NCBI GenBank assembly: GCA_031364845.1
Contig: JANLWX010000097.1
Span: 1-39,498, forward strand
Source of the DNA: Candidatus Eiseniibacteriota bacterium
GTDB lineage: Bacteria > Eisenbacteria > RBG-16-71-46
Length of the DNA stretch: 39,498 nucleotides
Reading direction: 5' to 3'
The notes under the pieces were generated by a model. That model was given only the letters and a program-made list of their open reading frames with translations, had not been told where the DNA came from and did not search any database. The position numbers and the translations under genes were made by a program. Shown piece by piece: positions 8,427 to 18,571 of the stretch (position 1 is the stretch's first letter; the number at the start of each line of letters is the position of its first letter).

Positions 8427-8855
8427 GTGAAGCGTACGGCGTCAGCGGAATGGAAGGGTGGTCTGCGCGACGGCTCCGGAGTTCTGACGAGCGGGAGCGG
8501 AGTGCTGAAGAACGTGGCCTACGGATTCAAGGACCGCTTCGAAGACGGCCCGAACACGAACCCCGAAGAGTTGATCGGCGCAGCACACGCAGGATGTTTC
8601 TCGATGGCGCTCTCGGGCGTGCTCGCCGGCTCCGGCGCCACGGCGGAGAGCATCCGCACCCAGGCGTCCGTGAACTTCGAGAAGGTCGGTGACGGATGGT
8701 CGGTGACCGGCATCCATCTCGACACGACCGCCCGTGTCCCCGGCATCGACGCCGCCGGATTCGCCGCCGCCGCCGAGAAGGCGAAGGCCACGTGCCCGAT
8801 CTCACGCCTGCTGAGCAGCATCCCGATTACTTTGAGCGCGAAGCTGGAAAGCTGA
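8427..8855 (+). CDS. osmC: OsmC family peroxiredoxin
   Basis: RBS GGGAGGA before GTG 8427; motifs TNPEELIGAAHAGCFSMAL and AKATCPISR (two catalytic Cys). Confidence 0.93.
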   Translation: MKRTASAEWKGGLRDGSGVLTSGSGVLKNVAYGFKDRFEDGPNTNPEELIGAAHAGCFSMALSGVLAGSGATAESIRTQASVNFEKVGDGWSVTGIHLDTTARVPGIDAAGFAAAAEKAKATCPISRLLSSIPITLSAKLES

Positions 8856-8858
8856 TTC

Positions 8859-11800
8859 TTAGAAGCCTGGCTGCACGCTGAACTGCCAATACCACCCTTT
8901 GCGCGGCCGCTGGTTCGGGTGCACGAAGTCGATTTCCGCGACCAGGAAACCGAACAGGTTCACGCGCATCGCCACACCGTGGCTCGTGACCGTGTTGTCC
9001 TTCACGTCGTTCGAGCCGTCGGCTTTCTTCCACGCCACACCGGCGTCGAAGAACGCGGCGGCTTCGACCGGCGGGATGCCCGCCGAGCGCAGCAGGCCGA
9101 ACGGCCCCAACAGCGGCACGCGCAGCTCCGTGTTGAGCACGCCGATCCGGCTTCCGAACAGGCGGTCGAACGTCGGGCACGGGCCGAGTTCCCCGTCGAT
9201 GCACTCGTCGCGAGTGAACGAGGCGTCGTCGTAGCCGCGCATGAGATTCGGGTAGCCGACGAACAGGTCGGTCAGCAGATTCGACTCGCCGTCGTCGCCG
9301 TAGCGCCCGTAGTGAAGACCGCGCAACGCCAGCGTCCATGGCCGGCGCGGCATGAGGTAGGTGCGGTAGTCGCCGAGCACGCCGAAGTACGTGAGATCTC
9401 CCGCGACCGGTTCGAGCGCCAGGCGGTAGCGGCTGCCCGCGATCGGGCTCGTGCCGCCGAAGAACGCGTTGTCGTGCACGTAGGCGGCGCTCGCGATGCC
9501 GAGGTTCAGCTGAGCCGAGCCCTCGTCGAGCTGCGTGGTCTGGTCGAGCAGCAGCTCGCCGGTGCTCGAGGTCACGCGCAATTCCTCTTCCGCCGCGAAG
9601 TCGAGGTTCTCGTAGCCCGCCGACAGTTCGAAGCGATCGGCGCGCGTGATGGGATAGGCCAGCGTTCCCGCGAGGCGCCGCTCGATCTGCCAGTAGCGCG
9701 TGTCGCGTTCCTCGAGTGCGATGCCGCCGCCCGGGAGCGAGACCACGGTCGAGGTGAACTGGCGCGTGATGTAGGGGAGCTGGCTCAGCTCGACGCCCCA
9801 GTTCCAGCGTGAGCTCAAGTTCTGGTAGTCGGCGACGGCGGCGATGTTGCGGACGAAATTGCCGCTGTTGGAGCTGACCTCGAGATACGTGCCGAGGTTG
9901 TGATTGCCGAGCATGTCGCTCCAGAACAACGCCGCGCCTCCGACCCCCGAGACACCGGTACCGCTGCTGCCGATGCCGAACTGCACCTGCGAGACGCGGT
10001 CGAGCGAGAGCGACGGCCGGTAGTTGCGGCGCTGATAAGTCGTGGTGTCGGAACGGCCGTAACTCGGATTGCGCAGCAGCGAAAGAACGGCGGGGATGTC
10101 CGTGCGTCCCGCGGCCATGGCGTCGGGCTCGGGCGCGCCGGGCGGACGCGCGCCGTCGCGGACCGGGCTGAAGCGCGGTCCTTCGGAGCGAAGCGAAGCC
10201 GAGTCGGAGGGAGCCGCGTGACCGAGCAGCGCGCTGCTTCCGCCGGGCGGCGTGTCGGGCACGAGCGTGGCCACACCGGGATACGAGACGTCTTCGAGCG
10301 GCCGCGAGCGGCCGGACAGCGAGTCGAGCGAGTAGATCCCGTAGGAGCCCTTCGCGTAGCCGGCGAACACCATCCGATCCTCGGCGCGCGCGACCGAGAT
10401 CGCGGGGCTGTAGGCGGTGATGCCGCTCACGCCGGTCGAGACCGTGGTCACCCGCCGCCACGTTCCCGAGGCGAGGTCGAGCCGGTGCACGTTCGAAAGC
10501 CCGCCGCGGTCGACGATCGCGTACAGCGAGGTTCCGTCGGGCGACCACTGGGGATTCAGGTGCTTGGCGTCCGGGACCGAAGCGAGCGCGGTGACCTCAC
10601 CACTCGAAATCGAAAGCGTGGCGAGCCGCAGGTCGCCGATCACGAGGCTGTCGATGCGCGTCGTGAAACGCTCGGTCGCGAACGCGAGCCGTTTTCCATC
10701 GGGCGACCACGCGGGCTGGAGGTCGGCCGGGAGATCGTCGGTCCACTGCCGAGTGTCGCCCCCCTGCACGGGAATCGTGAAGAGATCGGTGTGGCCCTTC
10801 GCGAGCGCGGAGAACGCGAGTGTGGCGCCATCCGGTGACCACGACAGGCTCAGCACTTCGTCCACGCGCCCGACCGGCAGCCGACGCTTCGTGTCGCCGC
10901 TCGAAGCATCGATGATCGTGATCACGGCACCGCCGTCGCGGATCGTCGCGAACGCGAACTGCCGGCTGTCGGGACTCCAGGCGCCCGAGCCGCTCACGAA
11001 CTGAAGGCTCTGCAGGTGCGAATCGATCGCGGTGCGCGTGATGCGCCGCACAATCTTCCCGGTGTGCGCGTCCGCGAGGAACAGTTCCATCGTGTAGAGG
11101 TCGCGCTCGGACAGGAACATCATCCGATTCCCGTCAGGTGAGAGCGCGGGTGCGAGATTGTAGCGTCCGATCTGACCGTCCGAGGCGACGATCGGACGCG
11201 CGCCCGGTTCCTCGGTCGCGTGCGGAACCCGGTCCGCGAGTGCGCGCAGTTCGCGATGCCAGTCGGCCGACAGCGAGTCGGCCGTGGTCCCGAGCTGGCT
11301 CGAGATCGCCGTCTCGACCACGCCGCTGCGCGCGGCCGCCCGCAGGACTTCGCCGATCGCGCGGTCTCCCCATCGATGTCCCACGTAGGCCCAGAATGCG
11401 TGGCCGAAGCGATAGGGGAAGTATTTCGTGTCGTTCAGTTTCGCGACCGTCGGCAGCCGGTTGGCATAGGCCGCGTCGCGCATCCACATCGAGGTGTGCG
11501 GATCAATCGGCCCGATCGACAGGTACTCTGCCATGCCCTCGACAAACCACAACGGCAGCCGCGCCACCGCCGGCACGGCCGAGCCCTGCGACTTGCCGCC
11601 GAAGTCGTACTGGAAGGCGTGCACCAGCTCGTGGCCGATCACGTGGTCGGTTTCGGCGAGCGAGCCGCCGACCGGCAGCACGATGCGCCGCTTCATCGAT
11701 TCGGTGACGCCGCCGGTGCTCTCCTCGAGGTCGCCCGGGATCGCGTTGGTCTGTTCGAAGTGAGGATGGCTCGCGTAGAGGATCAGCGCCTGGCGGTTCG

Positions 11801-12056
11801 ACAGCTCGTGGCTCAGCACGCGCGAGATGCGCGCATACCAGCGCTCGGCCATGCGCGCCGACTGCTCCGCGACCGCGGCTTCGTCGTCGTAGTAGTAGAC
11901 GTCGAAATGCTCGGTGCGCAGGACCTTGAAATGGAACGTGCGGTAGGGAACCTTGTTGCGGCCGAAGTACTGAGCGTCGGCGGGATTGGAGGCGAACAGA
12001 CCGAGCACGATGCCCACAGCGATCAGGATGGTGACGGCAGGCTGACGTCGAGACAT
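8859..12056 (-). CDS. Outer-membrane protein: gluzincin (peptidase MA-like) domain + PD40/TolB-like beta-propeller + Omp85/BamA-type barrel
   Basis: Signal peptide ending ADA-QYFGRNK; HELVH and WFVEGMAEY; repeated WSPDG; Omp85-like MRGY loop, ELRVP, FFDAGVAW and terminal Phe. Start ATG 12056 with AAGGGG RBS. Confidence 0.8.
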   Translation of the reverse strand: MSRRQPAVTILIAVGIVLGLFASNPADAQYFGRNKVPYRTFHFKVLRTEHFDVYYYDDEAAVAEQSARMAERWYARISRVLSHELSNRQALILYASHPHFEQTNAIPGDLEESTGGVTESMKRRIVLPVGGSLAETDHVIGHELVHAFQYDFGGKSQGSAVPAVARLPLWFVEGMAEYLSIGPIDPHTSMWMRDAAYANRLPTVAKLNDTKYFPYRFGHAFWAYVGHRWGDRAIGEVLRAAARSGVVETAISSQLGTTADSLSADWHRELRALADRVPHATEEPGARPIVASDGQIGRYNLAPALSPDGNRMMFLSERDLYTMELFLADAHTGKIVRRITRTAIDSHLQSLQFVSGSGAWSPDSRQFAFATIRDGGAVITIIDASSGDTKRRLPVGRVDEVLSLSWSPDGATLAFSALAKGHTDLFTIPVQGGDTRQWTDDLPADLQPAWSPDGKRLAFATERFTTRIDSLVIGDLRLATLSISSGEVTALASVPDAKHLNPQWSPDGTSLYAIVDRGGLSNVHRLDLASGTWRRVTTVSTGVSGITAYSPAISVARAEDRMVFAGYAKGSYGIYSLDSLSGRSRPLEDVSYPGVATLVPDTPPGGSSALLGHAAPSDSASLRSEGPRFSPVRDGARPPGAPEPDAMAAGRTDIPAVLSLLRNPSYGRSDTTTYQRRNYRPSLSLDRVSQVQFGIGSSGTGVSGVGGAALFWSDMLGNHNLGTYLEVSSNSGNFVRNIAAVADYQNLSSRWNWGVELSQLPYITRQFTSTVVSLPGGGIALEERDTRYWQIERRLAGTLAYPITRADRFELSAGYENLDFAAEEELRVTSSTGELLLDQTTQLDEGSAQLNLGIASAAYVHDNAFFGGTSPIAGSRYRLALEPVAGDLTYFGVLGDYRTYLMPRRPWTLALRGLHYGRYGDDGESNLLTDLFVGYPNLMRGYDDASFTRDECIDGELGPCPTFDRLFGSRIGVLNTELRVPLLGPFGLLRSAGIPPVEAAAFFDAGVAWKKADGSNDVKDNTVTSHGVAMRVNLFGFLVAEIDFVHPNQRPRKGWYWQFSVQPGF

Positions 12057-12346
12057 GAAGACCCCTTGATCCACGAAATCTTGAGGCGGCCGTTCAGAAC
12101 GGACCACCACGACCCGGTCGCGACGCCCATCCGGCGCGATCGCGCGCTCGGATGCCGCCATCTCCATGAGTTCCGGCCACGTGCGGCAGAGTGTTCGATA
12201 ACTCGGACCCCGGCGAAGGTCTGTTATTCTACCCCGCTGAGTGTCCGTCCCGCGAAATCGTTGCAGGTCCGGCGGCGTTCCTGACGCCGTTTCCCATCGT
12301 CTGCCGGCCCCGTTGGGTCCCGTCCATCTCTCATCGGAGCCCCCTT

Positions 12347-13108
12347 GTGGATGAAACGCCCGGCACGTTGGTGCTCGAAGGTGTTCAGAAGAGCTGGGGC
12401 GATCGGCCCGCGGTCGACGACTTTTCGCTGACCGTGACCGCCGGACATTCGGTGGCGTTGATCGGGCCGAGCGGGTGCGGAAAGTCGACGGTGCTGCGGT
12501 TGATCGCGGGCCTGCTCACGCCCGACCGCGGTTCGATCCGGTTCGGCGGCCTCGATTGCGTCCCCGGGAACTATGCCCGCCTGCGCGACCGGCTCGGCTA
12601 CGTGATTCAGGACGGCGGCCTGTTCCCGCATCTGACGGCCTTCGACAACGTGACGCTCAAGGCGCGCGACCGTGACGGCGCGGGCGCGCAGCTCACGGAG
12701 CGCGTGCGGACGCTCGCCGAGTTGACGCACGTTCCGCCGGAGCTGCTCTCTCGCTATCCCGCCCAGCTTTCGGGCGGGCAGCGCCAGCGGGTCGGATTGA
12801 TGCGCGCGCTGATGCATGATCCCGAGCTGCTGCTGATGGACGAACCGCTCGGGGCACTCGATCCGATCGTGCGCTCGCGGCTGCAGGTCGAGCTGCGCCA
12901 GACCTTCTCGCGACTGCGCAAGACGGTCGTGTTCGTCACCCACGATCTCGCCGAGGCGGCGTTCCTGTGTGACGAGATCGTGCTGATGCGCGAGGGGGCC
13001 GTGGTCCAGCGCGGGCGCATGTCCGACCTGCGCACGCGTCCGGCGGATGCGTTCGTCGAGGAGTTCGTGCGCGCGCAACAGGGGCACGGACTCGAGGCGG
13101 GCGCGTGA
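12347..13108 (+). CDS. ABC transporter ATP-binding protein, osmoprotectant/QAC (OpuBA/YehX-like) family
   Basis: Walker A GPSGCGKS, Q-loop GYVIQDGGLFPH, signature LSGGQRQR, Walker B LLMDEP, FVTHD. GTG start at 12347 inferred from an upstream GGAG. Confidence 0.9.
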   Translation: MDETPGTLVLEGVQKSWGDRPAVDDFSLTVTAGHSVALIGPSGCGKSTVLRLIAGLLTPDRGSIRFGGLDCVPGNYARLRDRLGYVIQDGGLFPHLTAFDNVTLKARDRDGAGAQLTERVRTLAELTHVPPELLSRYPAQLSGGQRQRVGLMRALMHDPELLLMDEPLGALDPIVRSRLQVELRQTFSRLRKTVVFVTHDLAEAAFLCDEIVLMREGAVVQRGRMSDLRTRPADAFVEEFVRAQQGHGLEAGA

Positions 13109-14673
13109 GCGGGTTGGGCGTGAAGCGACTGGTCTCCGCACTCGTGTTCGCGGCGTTGTCCGCGAATGCCGTCGTTGCCGACATCGACGCTAAGGCCGCG
13201 CCTCAATCTCGGCGCGCAGCGGCCGAGGCGGGCGTGACGATCGGTTCCAAGGCATTCCCTGAGTCGTGGATTTTGGGCGAGGCACTCGCGGTGCTCGCGC
13301 GGCGTTCCGGCAATGCCGCGGTCGAGCATCGCAGCAATCTGGGCGGCACCGAGATCGTGTTCGCCGCACTCGAGTCCGGCAGCATCGATGTCTACCCCGA
13401 GTACACCGGCACGATCGCCGAGGTGATCGTGAAGGGCGCCGCGCGGCCGTCGCTCGCCGATCTCAGGACCGCACTCGCGCCGCGCGGTATCGGGATCAGC
13501 GAGCCGCTCGGGTTCAACGACGGCTATGCGCTCGCCGCCTCGCCGGCCGCCGCCGGGCGGCTCGGACTGCGGACGATCTCGGACCTCGCGCGTCATCCCA
13601 CGCTGCGGCTCGGCCTCACGCACGAGTTCATCGGACGCCGCGACGGCTTCGAAGGACTGGCGCGGCACTACGGGCTTGGCCGCTCCGGTGTGCGAGGCAT
13701 TCAGCACGAACTCGCCTACCGCGCGCTGGAAGAGGGAGCGATCGACGTCACCGACATCTACACGACGGACGCCGAGATCGCGCGGCTCGGCCTCGTCGTG
13801 CTCGAGGACGATCGCGGCTTCTTCCCGCGTTACGATGCCGTGCTGCTCTACCGCAAGGCGCTCGAGCGCGAAGCTCCCGGCACGCTCGCGGCGTGGAACA
13901 CGCTCGCCGGAAAGATCGACGAAGCGCGCATGATCCGCGCGAACGCTCGGGTCGTGATCCAGAAGCAGCCGTTCGAGACCGCGGCGTCGGCGCTGCTCGA
14001 CGATGCCGGGTTTGCAGTCGCGAATGCCCCGGTCGCGCGCCCCGACCGTGCGCGCGAAATCCTCAGGTCCACACTCGAGCATCTGAGGCTGGTCGCGATC
14101 TCGCTCGCTGCGGCGATCGCGATCGGCGTGCCGCTCGGCGTGCTCGCGACCGGGTCACCGTTCCTCGCCGGGCTCACGCTCACCGCCGCCGGCCTGTTGC
14201 AGACGATTCCCTCGCTCGCGTTGCTGGCACTCCTGATCCCGCTGTTCGGAGTCGGCATGGTCCCGGCACTGGTCGCGCTGTTCCTCTACAGCCTGTTGCC
14301 GATCGTGCGCAACACCTACGTCGGGCTCACGTCGATCCCGCCGGCACTCGAGGAGTCGGCGCGCGTGCTCGCGTTGAAGCCGGCGACACTGCTGATGCGC
14401 GTGCGGCTGCCGATGGCGTCGCCGTCGATCATGGCGGGCATCAAGATCAGCGCGGTCATCAACGTCGGCACCGCCACGCTCGCGGCTCTGATCGGCGGCG
14501 GCGGGCTCGGCGATCCGATCCTGTCGGGCATCCAGCTGCGGCGCCACGACCTGATTCTGCAGGGCGCGATTCCCGCCGCGCTGCTCGCGCTTGGAGTACA
14601 GTACGGTTTCGATCTCATCGACCGCTGGGTGATTCCGCGCGGGCTGCGGCTGCCGCGCGATCGCGGCGCGTGA
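13105..14673 (+). CDS. Fused substrate-binding protein (OpuAC/ProX type) + permease of QAC/betaine-type ABC importer
   Basis: GSKAFPES, YPEYTGT, NDGYAL, YTTD and FFPRYDA, then permease motifs QTIPSLAL, LLPIVRNTY, the EAA loop and GGLG. GTGA overlap with the ATPase gene. Confidence 0.9.
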   Translation: MSGLGVKRLVSALVFAALSANAVVADIDAKAAPQSRRAAAEAGVTIGSKAFPESWILGEALAVLARRSGNAAVEHRSNLGGTEIVFAALESGSIDVYPEYTGTIAEVIVKGAARPSLADLRTALAPRGIGISEPLGFNDGYALAASPAAAGRLGLRTISDLARHPTLRLGLTHEFIGRRDGFEGLARHYGLGRSGVRGIQHELAYRALEEGAIDVTDIYTTDAEIARLGLVVLEDDRGFFPRYDAVLLYRKALEREAPGTLAAWNTLAGKIDEARMIRANARVVIQKQPFETAASALLDDAGFAVANAPVARPDRAREILRSTLEHLRLVAISLAAAIAIGVPLGVLATGSPFLAGLTLTAAGLLQTIPSLALLALLIPLFGVGMVPALVALFLYSLLPIVRNTYVGLTSIPPALEESARVLALKPATLLMRVRLPMASPSIMAGIKISAVINVGTATLAALIGGGGLGDPILSGIQLRRHDLILQGAIPAALLALGVQYGFDLIDRWVIPRGLRLPRDRGA

Positions 14674-14754
14674 ACGCCGGTTTGCTGGAGTGCCGTGCGG
14701 GCGATGCCGATCACTTGAATGATGGTTTCCGACGACGCGCTCTGGAGAGTTCCC

Positions 14755-16866
14755 ATGACCGACTTTGACGTTCGGCGCATTGCGCGCGTGCGATCCCCCC
14801 GGATGCGGGTGACTCCCGGCATGGCGACCACTTTGCCGATGGTGTTCATGGTCATCACCGTCGCCGCGACCGCGCGCGCGGCCGCACCCGATTCCATTGC
14901 CGTCACCGTGCCTATCGTCGAAGTGTCGGCACTGCGCGGCCGCGATGCGCTGAGGTCGATTCCCGCCGCCGCGTTCGTGATCGACCACGCGACGCTCGAG
15001 CGCTCGGGGTCCGGTCGCGTGAGCTCGGCACTCGCACGCCTGCCCGGATTCCATTCGTACCGCCAGACCGGCAGCGGCGAACCCTCGGTCATCGATCCGC
15101 GCGGGTTCACCGCGAACGGAGAGAGTTCGTACTTGAAGTTGCTCGTCAACGGCCAGGACGCGCGCGACGTCGAGAACGGCAACGTCGATTGGGACTGGCT
15201 GCCTGCCGACGACATCGAGCGCATCGAAGTGATCGGGGGCTCCGGCGCGTGGCTCTACGGCGACGGCTCCGAAGGCGGCATCGTGAATCTGGTGCGGCCC
15301 GGCCTGCTGCGCGACGGTGTGCGCACCGCGTGGGCCGCGCGGGCCGGGAGCCACGGGCTCGCGACCGGGAACCTGGCGCTCGCTCGTCGAAGCGGGGCGG
15401 GTGATGCCGCGGTGCGCGGCAGCCTGCGCCGCGCCGATGGCTTCCGCGATCGCAGCGAAGAGGCGGCGTATGGCGGTGGCGCCGAGTTCGGCTGGCGCTG
15501 GAACGATCGGCGTCGCGCGGGGCTCGATGTCGCGGTGCTCGACGTGCGCCGCGAGGATCCGGGATCGCTGACCCGCGATCAGTTGCTGGAGGATCGCACA
15601 CAGTCGGAGACCGAGACGGATTACGCGCACACGCGGCGCATCAACGTGGGCGGGCAATTTGTGCACCAGCGTGAGGATATTGAGGAGCTGCGACTTGCTC
15701 CCTACCTGCGCCACGAGGAGACCGACCAGGTGCGCACGATCTTCTTCGTTCCGGAGGCGCACCCGACCTCGGCGCTCACGACGGGAGCGGAGCTGACGTG
15801 GCGGAGGTCGTATTGGCCATCGCACCGCGTACGTGACGAATCTATCCGGGTCCTTCGACTTCGTGGAAATCCCACCATCACGCTCGACGCCGGCCTCAAC
15901 GCCGAACGCAGCACCTTCAAGAGCCGCTACGAAAACTACGCGACCGGCGATCTCGAAACCCGCACCGAAGCCGATCGAACGACCGGTGCTGCGCACGTCG
16001 GCGCCCGCATCGCGCTCGATGACCGCACCACCGCCCGCCTTGGCCTCCGCGCCGACGCGATCCGGGTTGGACCCGTCGAGCGCCAGGGCTTCCCCGAGAT
16101 CGAATCGCGCACACTGTCGGCCGTGAGCCCGTTCGTCGCGCTGTCGCGCACCGTCGGACGCACCGCGACCGTCTACGCCAACTTCAGCACCGGCTTCCGC
16201 GTGCCCACGCTCAATCAGCTGTTCGATGCCCGCCCGATCTACAACCCGTTCATCGACGACGTGATCTTCATCTCCAACGCCGGTCTCTCACCACAGCGCT
16301 CGCAGGGCTTCGAAGCCGGCGCGCGCTGCGACCGCGCCGACGGCTCATGGGCGTCGCTCAGCGCCTACATCGTGCGTGTGCGCGACGAGATCGACTTCGA
16401 TCTCGCGACGTTCTCCTACGCGAATCTCGGTCGCAGCCGCCACGACGGACTCCAGATCGCCGTGTGGCAGACGCTGGGTCGGCAGTTCGGTCTGACCGCA
16501 AACGGCGCGTGGATGCCGACCACGATCGTCGGCGGCGACAACGACGGCAATCAGATCAACGCGGTGCCCGAAGGCACCGCCTACGGCGCGCTGGTGTGGA
16601 TGCCCGAAGCGCGCGGCTCGATCGAAGCCGGCGTGCGCTACACCGGGCGCCAATTCCTCGACAAGGCGAACGAACACGCGCTCGCCGACTTCGCGACCGC
16701 CGAGGTCTCGGCTTCGGTGCGCATCGCGCATCTGCGCTCGACCGCGCGGGTCGCGAACCTGCTCGATCGCGAGTTCGAAGACTCGGGATTCCTCGGCGCG
16801 CTCGGCGAAGAGCGGTTCCTGCCCGCGGCCGGCCGCACGTTCTCGATCGCGTTCTCGTTCAACTGA
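14755..16866 (+). CDS. TonB-dependent receptor
   Basis: Plug motifs PRGF..LLVNG and IERIEVIGGSGAWLYG..GGIVNL; barrel with NLLDREF and GRTFSIAFSFN end. Start uncertain (14719, 14755 or 14821); 14755 has GGAGAG upstream. Confidence 0.88.
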   Translation: MTDFDVRRIARVRSPRMRVTPGMATTLPMVFMVITVAATARAAAPDSIAVTVPIVEVSALRGRDALRSIPAAAFVIDHATLERSGSGRVSSALARLPGFHSYRQTGSGEPSVIDPRGFTANGESSYLKLLVNGQDARDVENGNVDWDWLPADDIERIEVIGGSGAWLYGDGSEGGIVNLVRPGLLRDGVRTAWAARAGSHGLATGNLALARRSGAGDAAVRGSLRRADGFRDRSEEAAYGGGAEFGWRWNDRRRAGLDVAVLDVRREDPGSLTRDQLLEDRTQSETETDYAHTRRINVGGQFVHQREDIEELRLAPYLRHEETDQVRTIFFVPEAHPTSALTTGAELTWRRSYWPSHRVRDESIRVLRLRGNPTITLDAGLNAERSTFKSRYENYATGDLETRTEADRTTGAAHVGARIALDDRTTARLGLRADAIRVGPVERQGFPEIESRTLSAVSPFVALSRTVGRTATVYANFSTGFRVPTLNQLFDARPIYNPFIDDVIFISNAGLSPQRSQGFEAGARCDRADGSWASLSAYIVRVRDEIDFDLATFSYANLGRSRHDGLQIAVWQTLGRQFGLTANGAWMPTTIVGGDNDGNQINAVPEGTAYGALVWMPEARGSIEAGVRYTGRQFLDKANEHALADFATAEVSASVRIAHLRSTARVANLLDREFEDSGFLGALGEERFLPAAGRTFSIAFSFN

Positions 16867-16882
16867 TCGAGGACCGCCGCTC

Positions 16883-18571
16883 ATGAAAAAGCCGCACGCG
16901 ATCGAGGCCTGGCTGCCGCGCTCGATCGTGTCGCTGCGCAGCTACTCGGCGTCCCTGTTCGCCTCCGATGTCATCGCCGGTGTGACCGTCGGTCTCGTCG
17001 CGCTTCCGCTCGCGATGGCGTTCGCGATCTCCTCCGGCCTGTCTCCGCAGTCGGGGATCTACACCGCGATCGTCGCGGGCTTCCTGATCTCCGCACTCGG
17101 CGGCTCGCGGCTGCAAGTCGGAGGACCGACCGGTGCGTTCGTCGTGGTCGTGTCGGGGATCGTGCTCGCGCATGGCATCGACGGCCTGTTCATGTGCACG
17201 CTGATGGCCGGCGTGATGCTGGTGGTGCTCGGTGCCACCGGCATGGGCGTCGCGGTCAAATTCATCCCGCGGCCGGTGGTGATCGGATTCACCAACGGCA
17301 TCGCGGTGCTGATCGCGAGCACCCAGCTCAAGGATTTCTTCGGGCTGCCGATCGAGCATCCATCGGCGGTGTTCCTGCCGCGCCTGGTCGAGATCGGACG
17401 CGCGCTGCCGCAACTGTCGCCCGCGACGACCGCGCTCGGAGTGCTGGCGCTCGGCGTCGTGCTCGTCACGCCGCGGGTGATGCGCCGCGTGCCGGGGGCG
17501 ATCCTGGCACTCGTCGCCGGCACCGCGGCGGTCGCGCTGATGGGGCTGCCGGTCGACACGATCGGCACGCGGTTCGGAGGGATTCCCTCAGGCTTTCCAC
17601 CAATTCACCTGCCCACGTTCCGTCCCGACCTGATCCACGTCCTGCTCGCACCCGCGCTCACGGTGGCGATGCTCGGTGCGATCGAATCGCTCTTGTCGGC
17701 GACGGTCGCCGACCGCATGACCGGCGACCGCCACAATCCGAACGTGGAGTTGATCGCCCAGGGAGTCGCGAACATGGCCTCGCCGCTGTTCGGCGGCCTG
17801 CCCGCGACCGGCGCCATCGCTCGCACCGCGACCAACATCCGCTCGGGCGCAAAGACGCCGGTCGCCGGCATGGTGCACGCGCTCACGCTGCTGGTGGTCG
17901 TGCTGTTCGCGGCACCGCTCGCGCAATGGGTGCCGCTCGCCGTGCTGTCGGCGATTCTGCTGGTGGTCGCGTGGAACATGGGCGAGTGGCACGAGATTCC
18001 CGAGCTGCTCAAACTATCGCGCGCCGACATCAGCGTGTGGGCGCTCACCTTCGCGCTCACGGTGTTCGCCGACCTCACGGTCGCGGTGCAGGCCGGAATG
18101 ATCCTCGCCGCACTGCTGTTCATTCGAAAGATCGCAGCGACCACCACGGTGATGGAAGTGACCGGCGCCGACATCGATGATGCCCGGGCGCACGCGCTGC
18201 ACGATCAGGACATTCCCGCAGGCGTCGCCGTGTACCGTGTCCACGGGCCGCTGCTGTTCGGCACCACCGACAAGGTGGACGCGGTCCCCGAACGCCTCGA
18301 CTCGATGCCGCCGGTCGTGATCCTCAAGCTGCGCGACATGACCGCGATGGACGCCACCGGACTGCAGGCGATCGAGGACCTGGCAGAACGCGTCCAGCAC
18401 TCCGGGCGCACGCTGGTCCTGTGCGGTGCGCGCCGCCAGCCGACCGCACTCATGAAACGCGCGGGAACGCCGGCGCTGATCGGCGAAGCGAACTTCTGCA
18501 CCGACGTCTCGGGCGCGCTCGCGCGCGCGCGTTCGCTGCTCGCCGCCGGCGCTCAGGCTCGCGGAGCCTAA
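16883..18571 (+). CDS. SulP/SLC26 family anion transporter with STAS domain (DauA/BicA-like)
   Basis: VALPLAMAFAI..GIYTAIVAG, GPTGAF, ESLLSA.VAD, PATGAIARTATNIRSG; STAS motifs GPLLFG and MDATG. Confidence 0.92.
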   Translation: MKKPHAIEAWLPRSIVSLRSYSASLFASDVIAGVTVGLVALPLAMAFAISSGLSPQSGIYTAIVAGFLISALGGSRLQVGGPTGAFVVVVSGIVLAHGIDGLFMCTLMAGVMLVVLGATGMGVAVKFIPRPVVIGFTNGIAVLIASTQLKDFFGLPIEHPSAVFLPRLVEIGRALPQLSPATTALGVLALGVVLVTPRVMRRVPGAILALVAGTAAVALMGLPVDTIGTRFGGIPSGFPPIHLPTFRPDLIHVLLAPALTVAMLGAIESLLSATVADRMTGDRHNPNVELIAQGVANMASPLFGGLPATGAIARTATNIRSGAKTPVAGMVHALTLLVVVLFAAPLAQWVPLAVLSAILLVVAWNMGEWHEIPELLKLSRADISVWALTFALTVFADLTVAVQAGMILAALLFIRKIAATTTVMEVTGADIDDARAHALHDQDIPAGVAVYRVHGPLLFGTTDKVDAVPERLDSMPPVVILKLRDMTAMDATGLQAIEDLAERVQHSGRTLVLCGARRQPTALMKRAGTPALIGEANFCTDVSGALARARSLLAAGAQARGA

